Below, in pieces: positions 10,451 through 20,142 of a stretch of 64,000 nucleotides of DNA (within the stretch, counting starts at the first letter, position 1; each line of letters starts with the position of its first letter). The notes beneath the pieces were generated by a model that saw only the letters and a list, made by a program, of their open reading frames with translations, had not been told where the DNA came from and made no database searches. The stretch comes from an uncultured Fibrobacterota bacterium (GTDB lineage: Bacteria; Fibrobacterota; Chitinivibrionia; Chitinivibrionales; FEN-1185): the NCBI GenBank assembly GCA_963753345.1, contig CAVWBU010000047.1, positions 32,001 through 96,000 on the forward strand. The letters run 5' to 3'. Position numbers and translations under genes: made by a program.

Positions 10451-12682
10451 ATGGACCAGCCGCTCACCACACCGCAGACCCCTCCCCCGCCGGCGCCCCC
10501 CGTGGCCGGCAAACGGGTGGCCGCGGTCGTTCTGGCCGCGGTGTTCCTGTGCTCCTGCGCGTTCGCCGCGGCCGGGTGGTTCCTCTACCGCATGTACGAG
10601 ACCCTGCCCACGCTCGACCAGCTCGAGAACATCGAACCGCCGCTCTCGTCGAAAGTCCTGGGAAAGGACGGCTCCCTCATCCACGAGTTCTCCATTGAAA
10701 AGCGCTCGTGGGTATCGCTCAAGGACATTCCGCAGAACCTCGTCAATGCGGTGATCGCCATCGAAGACCGCAAGTTCTATACGCACTGGGGCGTTGACCT
10801 CAAGAGAATCCTCGGCGCCGTGTTCGTGAACCTCGGCAGGCGCCACTACGCCCAGGGCGCGTCCACGCTCACCCAGCAGCTCGCGCGCAACGTGTACCTG
10901 TCAAGCAAGACCTCCATGGTCCGCAAGATCCGCGAAGCCATGACCGCGATGCAGATCGAGCAGTACTACGCCAAGAGCGAAATCCTCGAGCTCTACCTCA
11001 ACCAGGTGTACCTCGGCGCGGGCGTGTACGGCGTAGAGGCCGCCAGCCAGTGCTACTTCTCAAAACACGTGTCGCAGCTTTCGCTCAACGAATGCGCCGT
11101 GCTCGCCGGGCTCATCCAGCTGCCCGAGCGGTACCGGCCCGACCGCAAGGCGAACCTGAAAAACACGGCAGCCCGGCGCGCGCGGGTGCTTGCCGCCATG
11201 GTGTCGATGCACTATCTCGACAGGGCGGCCGCCGACGCCGTTGACAAAGCGGACGTTCCCTCCAGGCCGCAGACCGACGTGTCGAAATGCGCCCCGTATT
11301 TCGTGGAGATGGTGCGGCAGTACTGCGAGCAGAAATACGGCGACGACATGCTCTACAACGGCGGCCTCACCATCTACACCACGCTCGACCCCGGGGCCCA
11401 GGATTCCACCGAAACGGCGACCACGGCGCACCTCGCCGGGCTCCAGAAAAAAATGAACGGGATCTACCTTGACAAAACGCGCATGTTCAAGAAGCTCAAG
11501 ATCTCCCGCGATTTCTTTGCCGCGCATTTCGACTCGGTCTATGCCGCCCACCGCGCCGAGTGCGAGGCCTTCCCCGATTCCCTGCGCCTGCGGATCGTCC
11601 AGACCGCGGTGGTCGCCATGGACGTGAGCAGCGGCGCCGTCCTCACCCTGGTAGGCGGCCGCAACTTTCTCGAAAGCAAATTCAACCGCGCCGTGCAGTC
11701 GGTGCGCCAGCCCGGGTCCGCCTTCAAGCCCATCGTGTACACCGCGGCCATCAATCACGGGTTTACGCCCGCGAGCGTCATCCTCGACCAGCCCATCACC
11801 CTCCAGACGCCGCAGGGCGAGTGGCGGCCCGAGGACTTCGACGGCACGTTTCAGGGGCCGGTGACGCTGCGCCACGCGCTCAACCATTCGCTCAACCTGG
11901 TCGCCATCCAGGTGTTCATGCAGGTGGGCGGCGACACCGTGGTGAGTTACGCGCGCAGGATGGGCCTGCGCCAGCGCATAGAGCCCGTGCCGTCGCTGGC
12001 CATCGGTTCGTGCGAGGTGGTGCCCATGGAGCTGCTCGCGGCCTACGCCATTTTTCCCAACAAGGGAATGCGCAACGAACCGTATTTCGTGGAGCGCATT
12101 ATTGACAAAAACGGAAACGTCCTGGAGGAGCACGATCCCGCGCCCGTGCAGGTCCTGTCGGCCCAGACCTCGTACATGATGTGCGACCTGCTTCGGACCG
12201 TGGTCCAGCGGGGGACCGCCGCTGCTATTCCCGGCCTGGGCTTTACCCGGCCCTCGGCCGGAAAAACCGGCACGTCCAACGATTTCTCAGATGCGTGGTT
12301 TGTGGGCTTCACCCCGCAGATCGCGTGCTGCGTGTGGGTGGGCATGGACGAGCGGCTCTCCCTCGGCTACGGCGTGACCGGTTCCGCCGGCGCCGTGCCG
12401 CTTTACGTAAAGGCAATGATCGCCCTGCACCGCAAGGTGCCCATTGAGAATTTCGCGAAACCGGACAGCATCGTGACCGAGAAGGTGTGCCCCATTTCCC
12501 ACAAGATCGCCACTGCCTACTGCCCCCAGCCCTACGACGAGACGTTCATCGAAGGCCAGACGCCCGAACAGTGCGACATGCACGGACCGGGAAAGGTGAA
12601 GAGCGAGAATTCCACCAATATGTTCGGGCCGAAGGAGAAGACGGGGGAGAAAGTTCCTGCTAAAAAGAGATTAATGTTCTAA
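10451..12682 (+). CDS. mrcA: Class A penicillin-binding protein (PBP1A family)
   Basis: Transglycosylase motifs EDRKFYTHWG, QGASTLTQQL, RKIRE; transpeptidase SAFK, SLN, KTG; N-terminal TM helix. Confidence 0.93.
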   Translation: MDQPLTTPQTPPPPAPPVAGKRVAAVVLAAVFLCSCAFAAAGWFLYRMYETLPTLDQLENIEPPLSSKVLGKDGSLIHEFSIEKRSWVSLKDIPQNLVNAVIAIEDRKFYTHWGVDLKRILGAVFVNLGRRHYAQGASTLTQQLARNVYLSSKTSMVRKIREAMTAMQIEQYYAKSEILELYLNQVYLGAGVYGVEAASQCYFSKHVSQLSLNECAVLAGLIQLPERYRPDRKANLKNTAARRARVLAAMVSMHYLDRAAADAVDKADVPSRPQTDVSKCAPYFVEMVRQYCEQKYGDDMLYNGGLTIYTTLDPGAQDSTETATTAHLAGLQKKMNGIYLDKTRMFKKLKISRDFFAAHFDSVYAAHRAECEAFPDSLRLRIVQTAVVAMDVSSGAVLTLVGGRNFLESKFNRAVQSVRQPGSAFKPIVYTAAINHGFTPASVILDQPITLQTPQGEWRPEDFDGTFQGPVTLRHALNHSLNLVAIQVFMQVGGDTVVSYARRMGLRQRIEPVPSLAIGSCEVVPMELLAAYAIFPNKGMRNEPYFVERIIDKNGNVLEEHDPAPVQVLSAQTSYMMCDLLRTVVQRGTAAAIPGLGFTRPSAGKTGTSNDFSDAWFVGFTPQIACCVWVGMDERLSLGYGVTGSAGAVPLYVKAMIALHRKVPIENFAKPDSIVTEKVCPISHKIATAYCPQPYDETFIEGQTPEQCDMHGPGKVKSENSTNMFGPKEKTGEKVPAKKRLMF

Positions 12683-12709
12683 TTTCAATATTTCTATTAA
12701 TAATTAAGC

Positions 12710-12903
12710 TGGGCGTTCCCCCTATTGTAAAGGCGCAGAATTCTGCGCCTTTACAATAGGGGGCGGTTCTCCTTCCGGTCTCGGCCTCCGGCCTCGGGCC
12801 GCCTGCCACGAGGGCCCTGCGGGCCGTGGTCAGGCGGCATCCCGCTTTGGCGGGACCTCCAGTCGCCCCTAACGCGCGGCAGAGGAAATCCTGTTCCGTC
12901 AAG
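12710..12903 (+). repeat. Intergenic palindromic repeat family A, copy A1 (contains a perfect 46-bp palindrome 12718-12763)
   Basis: TGGGCGTTCCCC...CCGGTCTCGGCCTCCGGCCTCGGGCCGCC...GCATCCCGCTTTGGCGGGACCTCCAGTC...CTAACGCGCGGCAGAGG...GTCAAG; blocks recur at about 10 loci. Confidence 0.85.
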
Positions 12904-12980
12904 ATCACAATCTTGCGCCTGGCTCTCGAAATAGATAACTTCACAATTCATCATCTGCTTTTCCCTACCAACCACCCTCC

Positions 12981-13130
12981 GTGGGTGCCCCCACACAGGT
13001 GTATGGTTCTGCAACTACTTTGTCAAGGGGGCTACCCTGGAGGGGGTAGCGGAGGCCTGGCCGCGCAGTTCCATACTTCTTTTTTGTGAAGCTGCGCGGC
13101 CAAGCCGTAGCGAGGGGGATACTTCCCCCC
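12981..13130 (+). repeat. Intergenic repeat family B, copy B1
   Basis: GGGTGCCCCC...GGGGGCTACCC..GAGGGGGTAGCGGAGG...GCGAGGGGGATACTTCCCCC; recurs at 6 loci. Confidence 0.85.
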
Positions 13131-13180
13131 CTTATACCTCTTTGTATTTTCGGCTTCATTTCTCATTGTATTTTCAAGCC

Positions 13181-14998
13181 ATGGCCTCAAAAGAACTTAT
13201 AGAATCATTAGACCGCTTCCCCGAAAGCCCGGGTGTCTATTTAATGAAAGACGCATCCGGCGGGCTGCTTTACATAGGCAAGGCAATAAACCTCAAATCA
13301 CGAGTCAAATCTTATTTCCTTGACACGCACGAAGACCGGCCGCAGATTCCCTTCATGCTGGCACGGCTCGACCACGTGGACTGGATCGCCACACGCAGCG
13401 AGACCGAGGCGCTCATCCTCGAGGCGAACCTGATACGCAAGCATAAGCCGAAGTTCAACATAGACCTCAAGGACGACAAGCATTACCCCTATCTCAAGAT
13501 AACCGTGCAGGAGCCGTTTCCGCGGCTCCTGGTGGTGCGCAGGGTGGAAACCGACGGTAGCCGCTACTTCGGGCCGTACACCGATGCACGGGCCATGCGC
13601 AGGCTCATTCACTTTGCAAAACGGATTTTTCAGATACGCGACTGCAACCGCGACCTTCCGCTCAAGAAGCCTTCACGGCCGTGCGTGAATTTCGGGATCG
13701 GCCGCTGCAGCGGCGCATGCGCCGCCAAGATTTCGCAGGACGAATACCGCGCCAACGTGGACATGCTGGTCCGCTTTCTTATGGGCCGCAGAAAGGACGT
13801 AGTGCGCGAGCTTGAAGCGAGAATGGAGGCAGCCGCCGCCGCGACGCGGTTCGAGGAGGCGGCGCTCATGCGCGACCAGATCCGCCTCATTGGCGACGCA
13901 TCGCAGGCCCAGAAGGTCGACCTTGCCGCACTCGACGAGGACTGCGACGTTTTCGGCGTTTTCAAAGGCGACCGCTCGCTGTGCCTCGCGGCGCTTTGCG
14001 TGCGCGAGGGCCTGCTCATGTCGGCGCGAAGGTTCGCGTTCGACAAGGCATCGTGGGAGGCGCAGGGCGCGGGCATGGAAACGCTGCTGATGCAGTTCTA
14101 CCTTGACGCAGGAGAACAGCCTCCGCCCGAAGTGCTCGTGTCGCAGGAGGCGGGCATCGATCCCGCGCTTCTGGAGCAGGCTTTTCTGTCACAGTTCGGC
14201 CGCGCCGTGAACGTCGCGGTGCCGCAGAAGGGCGCGAAGCGCGGCCTTGCCGATATGGCCGTGAAAAACGCTCGCCTGTACCTGATGCAGAAGCTTCCAC
14301 CGAACGCGCTCGACGACCTTACCGAGCTGCAGACCATTCTCCACCTTCCCAGGTTCCCGCATGTCATCGAGGCGTTCGACATATCGAACATGGGCGAGAC
14401 CAACGCGGTCGCAGGCATGGTGCGGTTCGTGGAAGGCGAGGCGGACAAATCCGGATACCGGCGGTACAAAATAAAGACCGTAACCGGCCAGAACGACTTC
14501 GCCATGCTCATGGAGGCGGTAACGCGCAGACTGTCGCGCCAAGATGAAGAAAGCAGGCAGTTTGCCGACCTTTATCTTATCGACGGCGGGCTCGGTCAAC
14601 TGCACGCTGCGATGGAAGCAATGGGGAAATTTGAAAACCCGCCGATGGCGATTGCGCTTGCCAAAAGGGAGGAGCTCATCTATTCTCCCTATGGCAAGGA
14701 ACCGGTTCGCCTTCCGTCAACGCACCCGGTGCGCAAGTTCCTGGAACGCATCCGCGACGAGGTGCACCGGTTTGCCATCGCCTATCATCGTACCCTGCGC
14801 GGTCACCGGCTGGCCGTGTCTGCACTGCAGTCGGTGCCGGGCATGGGCAAGAAACGTGTTGTGCTGCTGTTGCGCCATTTCGGTTCGCTGTCGGCCGCGC
14901 GCAAGGCGAGCGTGGAGGAGATTGCGAAAGTGAAGGGCATTCCGGCAACGCTGGCGCAGGAGATTAAGAAGTTTTTGGAAGACATGGCAGCGGATTGA
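13181..14998 (+). CDS. uvrC: Excinuclease ABC subunit C
   Basis: PGVYLMKD..YIGKA (GIY-YIG), EALILEANLI, IEAFDISN, LIDGGLGQ, IRDEVHRFAI, C-terminal HhH motifs. Confidence 0.96.
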   Translation: MASKELIESLDRFPESPGVYLMKDASGGLLYIGKAINLKSRVKSYFLDTHEDRPQIPFMLARLDHVDWIATRSETEALILEANLIRKHKPKFNIDLKDDKHYPYLKITVQEPFPRLLVVRRVETDGSRYFGPYTDARAMRRLIHFAKRIFQIRDCNRDLPLKKPSRPCVNFGIGRCSGACAAKISQDEYRANVDMLVRFLMGRRKDVVRELEARMEAAAAATRFEEAALMRDQIRLIGDASQAQKVDLAALDEDCDVFGVFKGDRSLCLAALCVREGLLMSARRFAFDKASWEAQGAGMETLLMQFYLDAGEQPPPEVLVSQEAGIDPALLEQAFLSQFGRAVNVAVPQKGAKRGLADMAVKNARLYLMQKLPPNALDDLTELQTILHLPRFPHVIEAFDISNMGETNAVAGMVRFVEGEADKSGYRRYKIKTVTGQNDFAMLMEAVTRRLSRQDEESRQFADLYLIDGGLGQLHAAMEAMGKFENPPMAIALAKREELIYSPYGKEPVRLPSTHPVRKFLERIRDEVHRFAIAYHRTLRGHRLAVSALQSVPGMGKKRVVLLLRHFGSLSAARKASVEEIAKVKGIPATLAQEIKKFLEDMAAD

Positions 14999-15090
14999 GA
15001 ATGTTTTGTGACGCCCTTACAGGGCTTGTGATGATTCCCTATTGTTATAACCCTCATCGTTCATGCCGAATCATTTGAAAGGAGATGCTG

Positions 15091-15792
15091 ATGAAACCGA
15101 AGGAGTCAACCACAAAGGCCGTGGGGTTTTTGCCCATCACCCTGCCAAAGCCGTCGGACTGGCACGGAAAATCGGTCTACGCTGCCCTCAAGGTAAGAAG
15201 GACAACACGCAAGATCAGTTCAAAGGCATTTTCTTTACAGATGCTTTCCAACCTGCTCTGGGCGGCAGATGGCGTTAACCGCAAATCCGGCCCCTTCGGG
15301 CTTCCCGGCAGAACCGCGGCCTCGGCAAGCAACTCCCGGGAAATAGAGGTGTACGCAGCAATGGAGAAAGGCGTTTACCTTTACGAGCCCGCCGGCCATC
15401 GCCTTGTTCCGGTTGCTCAAGGCGACTTTCGCCCCATGGCGATCGGCTACGGCCAGAAGACCTGGGGATCGAACGCGGCCATACGCCTTATCTATGTTGC
15501 GGACATTGACAAATTCAAAAAGTCCGGGTTTGACGAACCCAGGCTGCACGAGCCGGAAGGCCAAAAGGCCTATTACTACACCGACACCGGCCTTGTTGCG
15601 GGAAACGTGTACCTGTTCGCCGCCTCGCAGGGCCTTGCGGCGTGGTTTCACAACTGCGACAGGGAGATGGTGTCAAAGGTATTAAAATTACCGGAAAGCA
15701 AGAGGCCGCTGTTCGGGCAGACCATTGGATATGCGGGAAAACAATTATATGAAAGAGATGGGCGTTCCCCTCGCTATTCGTTACTGGAATAA
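15091..15792 (+). CDS. Nitroreductase-like (SagB/ThcOx family) protein
   Basis: ITLPKP..ALKVRRTTR, LSNLLWAADGVNR, RTAASASN, DTGLVAGNVYLFAASQGL; the last codons read into a repeat-A fragment at 15759. Confidence 0.85.
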   Translation: MKPKESTTKAVGFLPITLPKPSDWHGKSVYAALKVRRTTRKISSKAFSLQMLSNLLWAADGVNRKSGPFGLPGRTAASASNSREIEVYAAMEKGVYLYEPAGHRLVPVAQGDFRPMAIGYGQKTWGSNAAIRLIYVADIDKFKKSGFDEPRLHEPEGQKAYYYTDTGLVAGNVYLFAASQGLAAWFHNCDREMVSKVLKLPESKRPLFGQTIGYAGKQLYERDGRSPRYSLLE

Positions 15793-15799
15793 AAACACT

Positions 15800-15961
15800 T
15801 GGGCGCCCCGCCGCTTTGCGGCGGCGGCCCTCCCTCCGGGCTCGGCTGTTCGCCTCGTTGCCGGATGGCCCTATGCCTGTCGGCCGGGTCGGCCGGCAAC
15901 GCGCTCTTGCGCGCCCTACGGTCCTGCCTGGCGCGCGGCAACAGAAGTGTATTCAGTCAAG
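15800..15961 (+). repeat. Repeat family A, copy A2 (diverged)
   Basis: TGGGCGCCCCG..CTCCGGGCTCGGC..GGTCCTGCCTGGCGCGCGGCAACAG..GTCAAG. Confidence 0.7.
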
Positions 15962-16044
15962 ATTAAATCTTGCGCCAGCCTGAATTCTCGAGCGAAGAAG
16001 TAAAATTCCTTTGTGTGGTTTTTGACTTCTTAACTGCTTGACTC

Positions 16045-16207
16045 TTCAACTCTATTTCTAGGTGCCCCCGCAGCCGAGGTTTCTTTCTTGCAAACCAACT
16101 TTCATGGGGGCTACCCACGAGGAGGTAGCGGAGGACCGGACGCGCTTCTGGAATGTTGATTTGTAGAGCGGCGCGACCGGGCCGAAGCGAGGGGGATACT
16201 TCCCCCA
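16045..16207 (+). repeat. Repeat family B, copy B2
   Basis: Closely similar to the reverse complement of 19536-19700, including TTTCTTTCTTGCAAACCAACTTTC. Confidence 0.85.
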
Positions 16208-16227
16208 CATGAACATCTTTAATTCAT

Positions 16228-18216
16228 TTATAAAATATTACCAAATAGATTTGTCTGCTCACTCTCCGCAACTTTCTTTACTTTCATCGCCTTTGCCTTC
16301 TCATACGTCTTTAGCTCTTCCTTGATATCCGCGAGAAAAGGCGACGGCCGGCCTTCTTGCGTTTTTCCATACATGGTCCGCCTCCGTGCGTGCGTAAGGT
16401 ACAGACGCTCCTTTGCGCGGGTCATGCCCACATAAAACAGCCGCCGCTCCTCAGCAGTATCAAGATCTTTTCCTTCCCGAATCAGAGGCACGATCCCGTT
16501 TTCACACCCTGCAATGAACACCACGGGAAACTCAAGCCCCTTTGAAGCGTGGAGCGTAAGCAGCGACACTTTTTCGGCGCGGTATTCGCCTTCGTCCTCA
16601 CTTTGCTGCAGTAAGATATGATCCATGAATAACCGAAAATCACCCCGAACTCTCGCAATCCGCAATAGCCTTTCGAACAGATCTCCGGCTTTTTTATCTT
16701 TGTCAAGCAACGCATAAAAATCAGGATGATCCTTCATGCATCCAAGCGCGCCGGACGCCCCAGATTCCTTCATAACCGCTCCCGCGTTTTCAACAACCCG
16801 CTTGATTGCAGATGCGCTCATTCGTATGACCCGGAAGCCCGCCGGCGGAAGCTTCGGCATCGTCGCGCCGTCCGCGGCCGAAAGCACGTCGAGAATATCC
16901 TTCACAAACGGATACTCCCCAAGTGCCAGCTCTCCCGACACCTGAAACGGAATGCCGCTTCTTTCGAATGCCTCGACAAGCGGGCCTGCCTGCGCATTGG
17001 TGCGGTACAGCGCCGCGCAGTCGCCGAACGTGCGGTCCGCGGAATCGCTGTTGTCAACGCGGTCGCTGTCGAGCGAGAACATGCTGGTTCCGCCCACAAG
17101 CCGCTCTATCTGATGCACCACGAATTCAGCCTCGGCCCGGTCGGTTGCCGCCTCGTGGATCATAAGCCGTCCCTCGAGGAACAGCCTGGCGGCAAGCGGC
17201 GGAACTGAGGCCGCCTGTCCCGCACTGATAACATGTCCGCACGCTTCCAGGATGTTCGCAGCAGTACGGTAGTTCTCGGAAAGAAACATGGTGACCGCAC
17301 CGGGGAACGAATCGGCGAACCGGTCGAAGAACCGCACGTCGGACCCCCGGAACCCATAGATTGCCTGGTTTGGGTCGCCGATGGCGGTGAGCGTCACGCC
17401 GTCCTTTGCAAGATGCATGAGAAGGTCATGCTGAATTGCGTTGATGTCTTGATATTCGTCCACAAAAATATGGCGATACATTTTCCTGACATTGCCTGCG
17501 GCTGTCGCGCTCGACGCAAGCAGCCGCACCGCCTCTTCGAGTAGGTCGTCGAAATCGAGAAGGCCGGCGCTGCGCAGTTCCTTCTTGTAAATGGCAGTAT
17601 CGCCGCCTTCCGGACACAGCGCACCGGCGCGGTGCTTCGAGATTGCCTCAAGCTTGGCCCTGCGCTGGCTATGGGTGGAAAAAGGCCATGCCCGTGCAGC
17701 GGCGGCCAGCCGCTCGTCGTCGGATGCAATGCGGAAATTTTGGGGAAGTCCGGCTTCAGCGGCATAATCGCGCAAGAGGGTAAGGCAGAACCGGTGGAAC
17801 GTTCCCGCAAAGATGCTGTTGAGCGCATTCTCACCGCACTGCGCAACGATCCGCTCGCGCAGCTCCTCGGCCGCCTTGTTGGTAAACGTGATCGCGAGGA
17901 TCTTTCCACCTGATACGCAGCGTACTGCCGTCTTTGCAATTCGGCTGATGAGCGTATGCGTCTTGCCCGTACCCGGTCCGGCGATAATAAGAAGATAGAG
18001 GCCGGGGTAATTTACCGCGGCGATTTGCGCTTTGTTAAGTGTTGCGGGTGCCGGGGTTTCCTTGTTTCCTTCGTCGCCCGGCGGCTGATCGGGGGATGCA
18101 CGCTTTTTCCGGGCTTTTTTTTTGACGCCATACCCGGTGACTGGTTCCTTATCACGGGAGTCCTGCTTTTTCATCAACGACACCTGAGGCGGGGAATCAT
18201 CACCAAAAAGATTCAC
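16228..18216 (-). CDS. UvrD/REP family helicase, probably the C-terminal part of an EndoQ-UvrD fusion
   Basis: AGPGTGKT, AITFTNKAA, VDEYQD, IGDPNQAIYGFRG, ENYRT, TLHASKGLEFP, EERRLFYVGMTRA. Confidence 0.93.
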   Translation of the reverse strand: MNLFGDDSPPQVSLMKKQDSRDKEPVTGYGVKKKARKKRASPDQPPGDEGNKETPAPATLNKAQIAAVNYPGLYLLIIAGPGTGKTHTLISRIAKTAVRCVSGGKILAITFTNKAAEELRERIVAQCGENALNSIFAGTFHRFCLTLLRDYAAEAGLPQNFRIASDDERLAAAARAWPFSTHSQRRAKLEAISKHRAGALCPEGGDTAIYKKELRSAGLLDFDDLLEEAVRLLASSATAAGNVRKMYRHIFVDEYQDINAIQHDLLMHLAKDGVTLTAIGDPNQAIYGFRGSDVRFFDRFADSFPGAVTMFLSENYRTAANILEACGHVISAGQAASVPPLAARLFLEGRLMIHEAATDRAEAEFVVHQIERLVGGTSMFSLDSDRVDNSDSADRTFGDCAALYRTNAQAGPLVEAFERSGIPFQVSGELALGEYPFVKDILDVLSAADGATMPKLPPAGFRVIRMSASAIKRVVENAGAVMKESGASGALGCMKDHPDFYALLDKDKKAGDLFERLLRIARVRGDFRLFMDHILLQQSEDEGEYRAEKVSLLTLHASKGLEFPVVFIAGCENGIVPLIREGKDLDTAEERRLFYVGMTRAKERLYLTHARRRTMYGKTQEGRPSPFLADIKEELKTYEKAKAMKVKKVAESEQTNLFGNIL

Positions 18217-18223
18217 CTGCCAT

Positions 18224-19489
18224 TTACTTCCCCGACCGCTCCTTGTCGGAAAAAATCTTAATAATCCCGTATTCGCCGTCGTATCCCGCCTTCACCGAGA
18301 TTTCGCCGCTCCTCACCCGGCGTATCCCCTCGGCAAGAAGCGATCCGCCTGCGTTTTCGATTATGTCAAGGGGAGCATCCATCAGGATGGAAAACTCGCT
18401 GCCCGCATTTCCGACAAGTTTCCAGTACAGGGTGTCTGCCTTTTGTGACCCCGGCCCGACTCCCAAACAGTCCCCGATGATTTCCGAAAGCGGTATCATG
18501 CTGTGATACGGCCGCCAGCGCTTTCCCTTTCCACCCTCGGGCCGGTCGGCAAGCTGCTCCACCCGCGCCATGACGCCCACGGTCACCGGCTTGCCGCACA
18601 CCGGGCAAAGGCCCTTGTTCTTTATGGTTTCCCTCGGGTGCAGACGCGTTTCGCATTTCCTGTGGCCGTCAAAGTGGTACTTGCCCTCCTCGGGGAAGAA
18701 TTCCACGGTTCCCGAAAGACCCCTGTCGCCGGGATTTCGCATTGCGTCAAGAATGCCGCTGTACGAGAGGTCCGTCTCAAAGATGTTTGCTTCCCGTCCC
18801 AGCTTACTCGGCGAATGCGCGTCCGAATTCGACACGAGCACGAACGGGTCGAGCGAGGAGAGCCGCCAGTTCATGGCCGGATCCGAAGATAGGCCCGTTT
18901 CCAGGGCATAGATATATTTCGTCAAGTCGCCGAAGCATTCGTCGATCGAATCGAACCCGCTCTTGGACCCGAGCACCGAGAACCACGGCGTCCACACGTG
19001 GGCGGGAATGAGGAACCCGTCGGGATGGCACGAGAGCAGGATGTCGAGCAAATCGCGAGAGTCAAGACCAAGGATGGGCCTTCCGTCGGAGCGGATGTTG
19101 CCGATGCTACCGAGCTTCGCCGCGAGCTTCGCCGCGGAGGCGAAATCGGGAAGGTACACAACGTTGTGTACCTTCCGCACCTTGCCGTCGCGTTTGTAAA
19201 TGCTGGAAATCTCGCTGGAAAGAATGAACCGCACCTCCGCGTTGCACGAAGCCGGAACTTGCGCCGCGAGCGGCGCGCGGAATTCCTCTTTAAGTTCAAA
19301 CAAGCCGTTTCCACACGGAGAAAGTTTCTCGGACAGTTCCTTGGACCAGCCCGGGTGGATGCAGTCGCCAGTGGCCACCACCGAAATTCCCTTGATCTGC
19401 GCCCACAGCCACAGGTGTTCCAGGTCGAGCTCGGGGCTTGTCGCGCGGGAATATTTAGAATGTATGTGGAGGTCGGCGTAATAATGCAT
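18224..19489 (-). CDS. Endonuclease Q family (PHP-domain, TIGR00375-like) protein
   Basis: ADLHIHSKYSRATS, PAHVWTPW, ETGLSSDP, SNSDAHS, FFPEEGKYHFDGHRKC, CPVCG zinc knuckle, GYDGEYG. Confidence 0.9.
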   Translation of the reverse strand: MHYYADLHIHSKYSRATSPELDLEHLWLWAQIKGISVVATGDCIHPGWSKELSEKLSPCGNGLFELKEEFRAPLAAQVPASCNAEVRFILSSEISSIYKRDGKVRKVHNVVYLPDFASAAKLAAKLGSIGNIRSDGRPILGLDSRDLLDILLSCHPDGFLIPAHVWTPWFSVLGSKSGFDSIDECFGDLTKYIYALETGLSSDPAMNWRLSSLDPFVLVSNSDAHSPSKLGREANIFETDLSYSGILDAMRNPGDRGLSGTVEFFPEEGKYHFDGHRKCETRLHPRETIKNKGLCPVCGKPVTVGVMARVEQLADRPEGGKGKRWRPYHSMIPLSEIIGDCLGVGPGSQKADTLYWKLVGNAGSEFSILMDAPLDIIENAGGSLLAEGIRRVRSGEISVKAGYDGEYGIIKIFSDKERSGK

Positions 19490-19535
19490 GGAGAAAATAT
19501 AGATAATCCATACAATACTATAACACATAGTTATT

Positions 19536-19700
19536 GGGGGGGGAGGTCTCCCCCTCGCTCCGGCCCGGTCGCGCGTTCACAGACCAAGATTCCGAGTCTG
19601 CGCGACCGATCCTGCGCTACCCCCTCGTGGGTAGCCCCCGAGAAAGTTGGTTTGCAAGAAAGAAACTTCGCCTGCGGGGGCACCGAGAAATAGAGTTGAA
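19536..19700 (-). repeat. Repeat family B, copy B3 (inverted relative to B2)
   Basis: Reverse complement aligns with 16045-16207. Confidence 0.85.
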
Positions 19701-19775
19701 TGTTGACAGTTATCGGTTGACAGCAAATCAAATGTCTGTTGGATTATCCGGGATTCCGGATGGCGGAAAAATCAT

Positions 19776-19957
19776 CTTGACCAATGATATTTCTTATACC
19801 GCGCGTTAGGGGCGACTGGAGGCCGCGTTGGAACGCGGTGCCGCCCGGACCCGCCGCTACTGCGGCATAGGGCCGTGGCGGCCCGAGGGCAAGGCCCGAG
19901 ACCGTAAGGAGAACCGACCCGACCCCGAGCGGAGTCGAGGGGGGAGGGGAACGCCCA
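19776..19957 (-). repeat. Repeat family A, copy A3
   Basis: CTTGAC..GCGCGTTAGGGGCGACTGGAGG...GAGACCGTAAGGAGAACCGACCC...GGGGAACGCCCA on the plus strand. Confidence 0.82.
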
Positions 19958-20142
19958 ATTTTTATTTTATTATTATTTCAAAATAAAATATTTCCCCGAA
20001 ACGTAGTCCTGGTGTCTTTGAAATCAGAAAGAGGAAATTTCAAGAACATAATCAACAACATTTTTCGATATTCCCCCTCGGCGACTGACAGATGCAACTT
20101 CTTTCCAAAGGAGAAGGGGCGCTGTCAGCCGCCGCCCCCTTT

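Noticed and set aside
12660-13159. Short ORFs over repeat regions (also near 15963, 19534, 24093, 42551, 53889, 60805)
   Set aside because: They are translations of the palindromic repeats with recurring GVP/RSRPPASG-like peptides; no sign of real genes.
19801-19957. Repeat A as integron attC sites (contains GTTAGG/CCTAAC)
   Set aside because: There is no complementary RYYYAAC...GTTRRRY pair at the two ends, orientations are mixed, the flanking genes are housekeeping, and no integron integrase is present.
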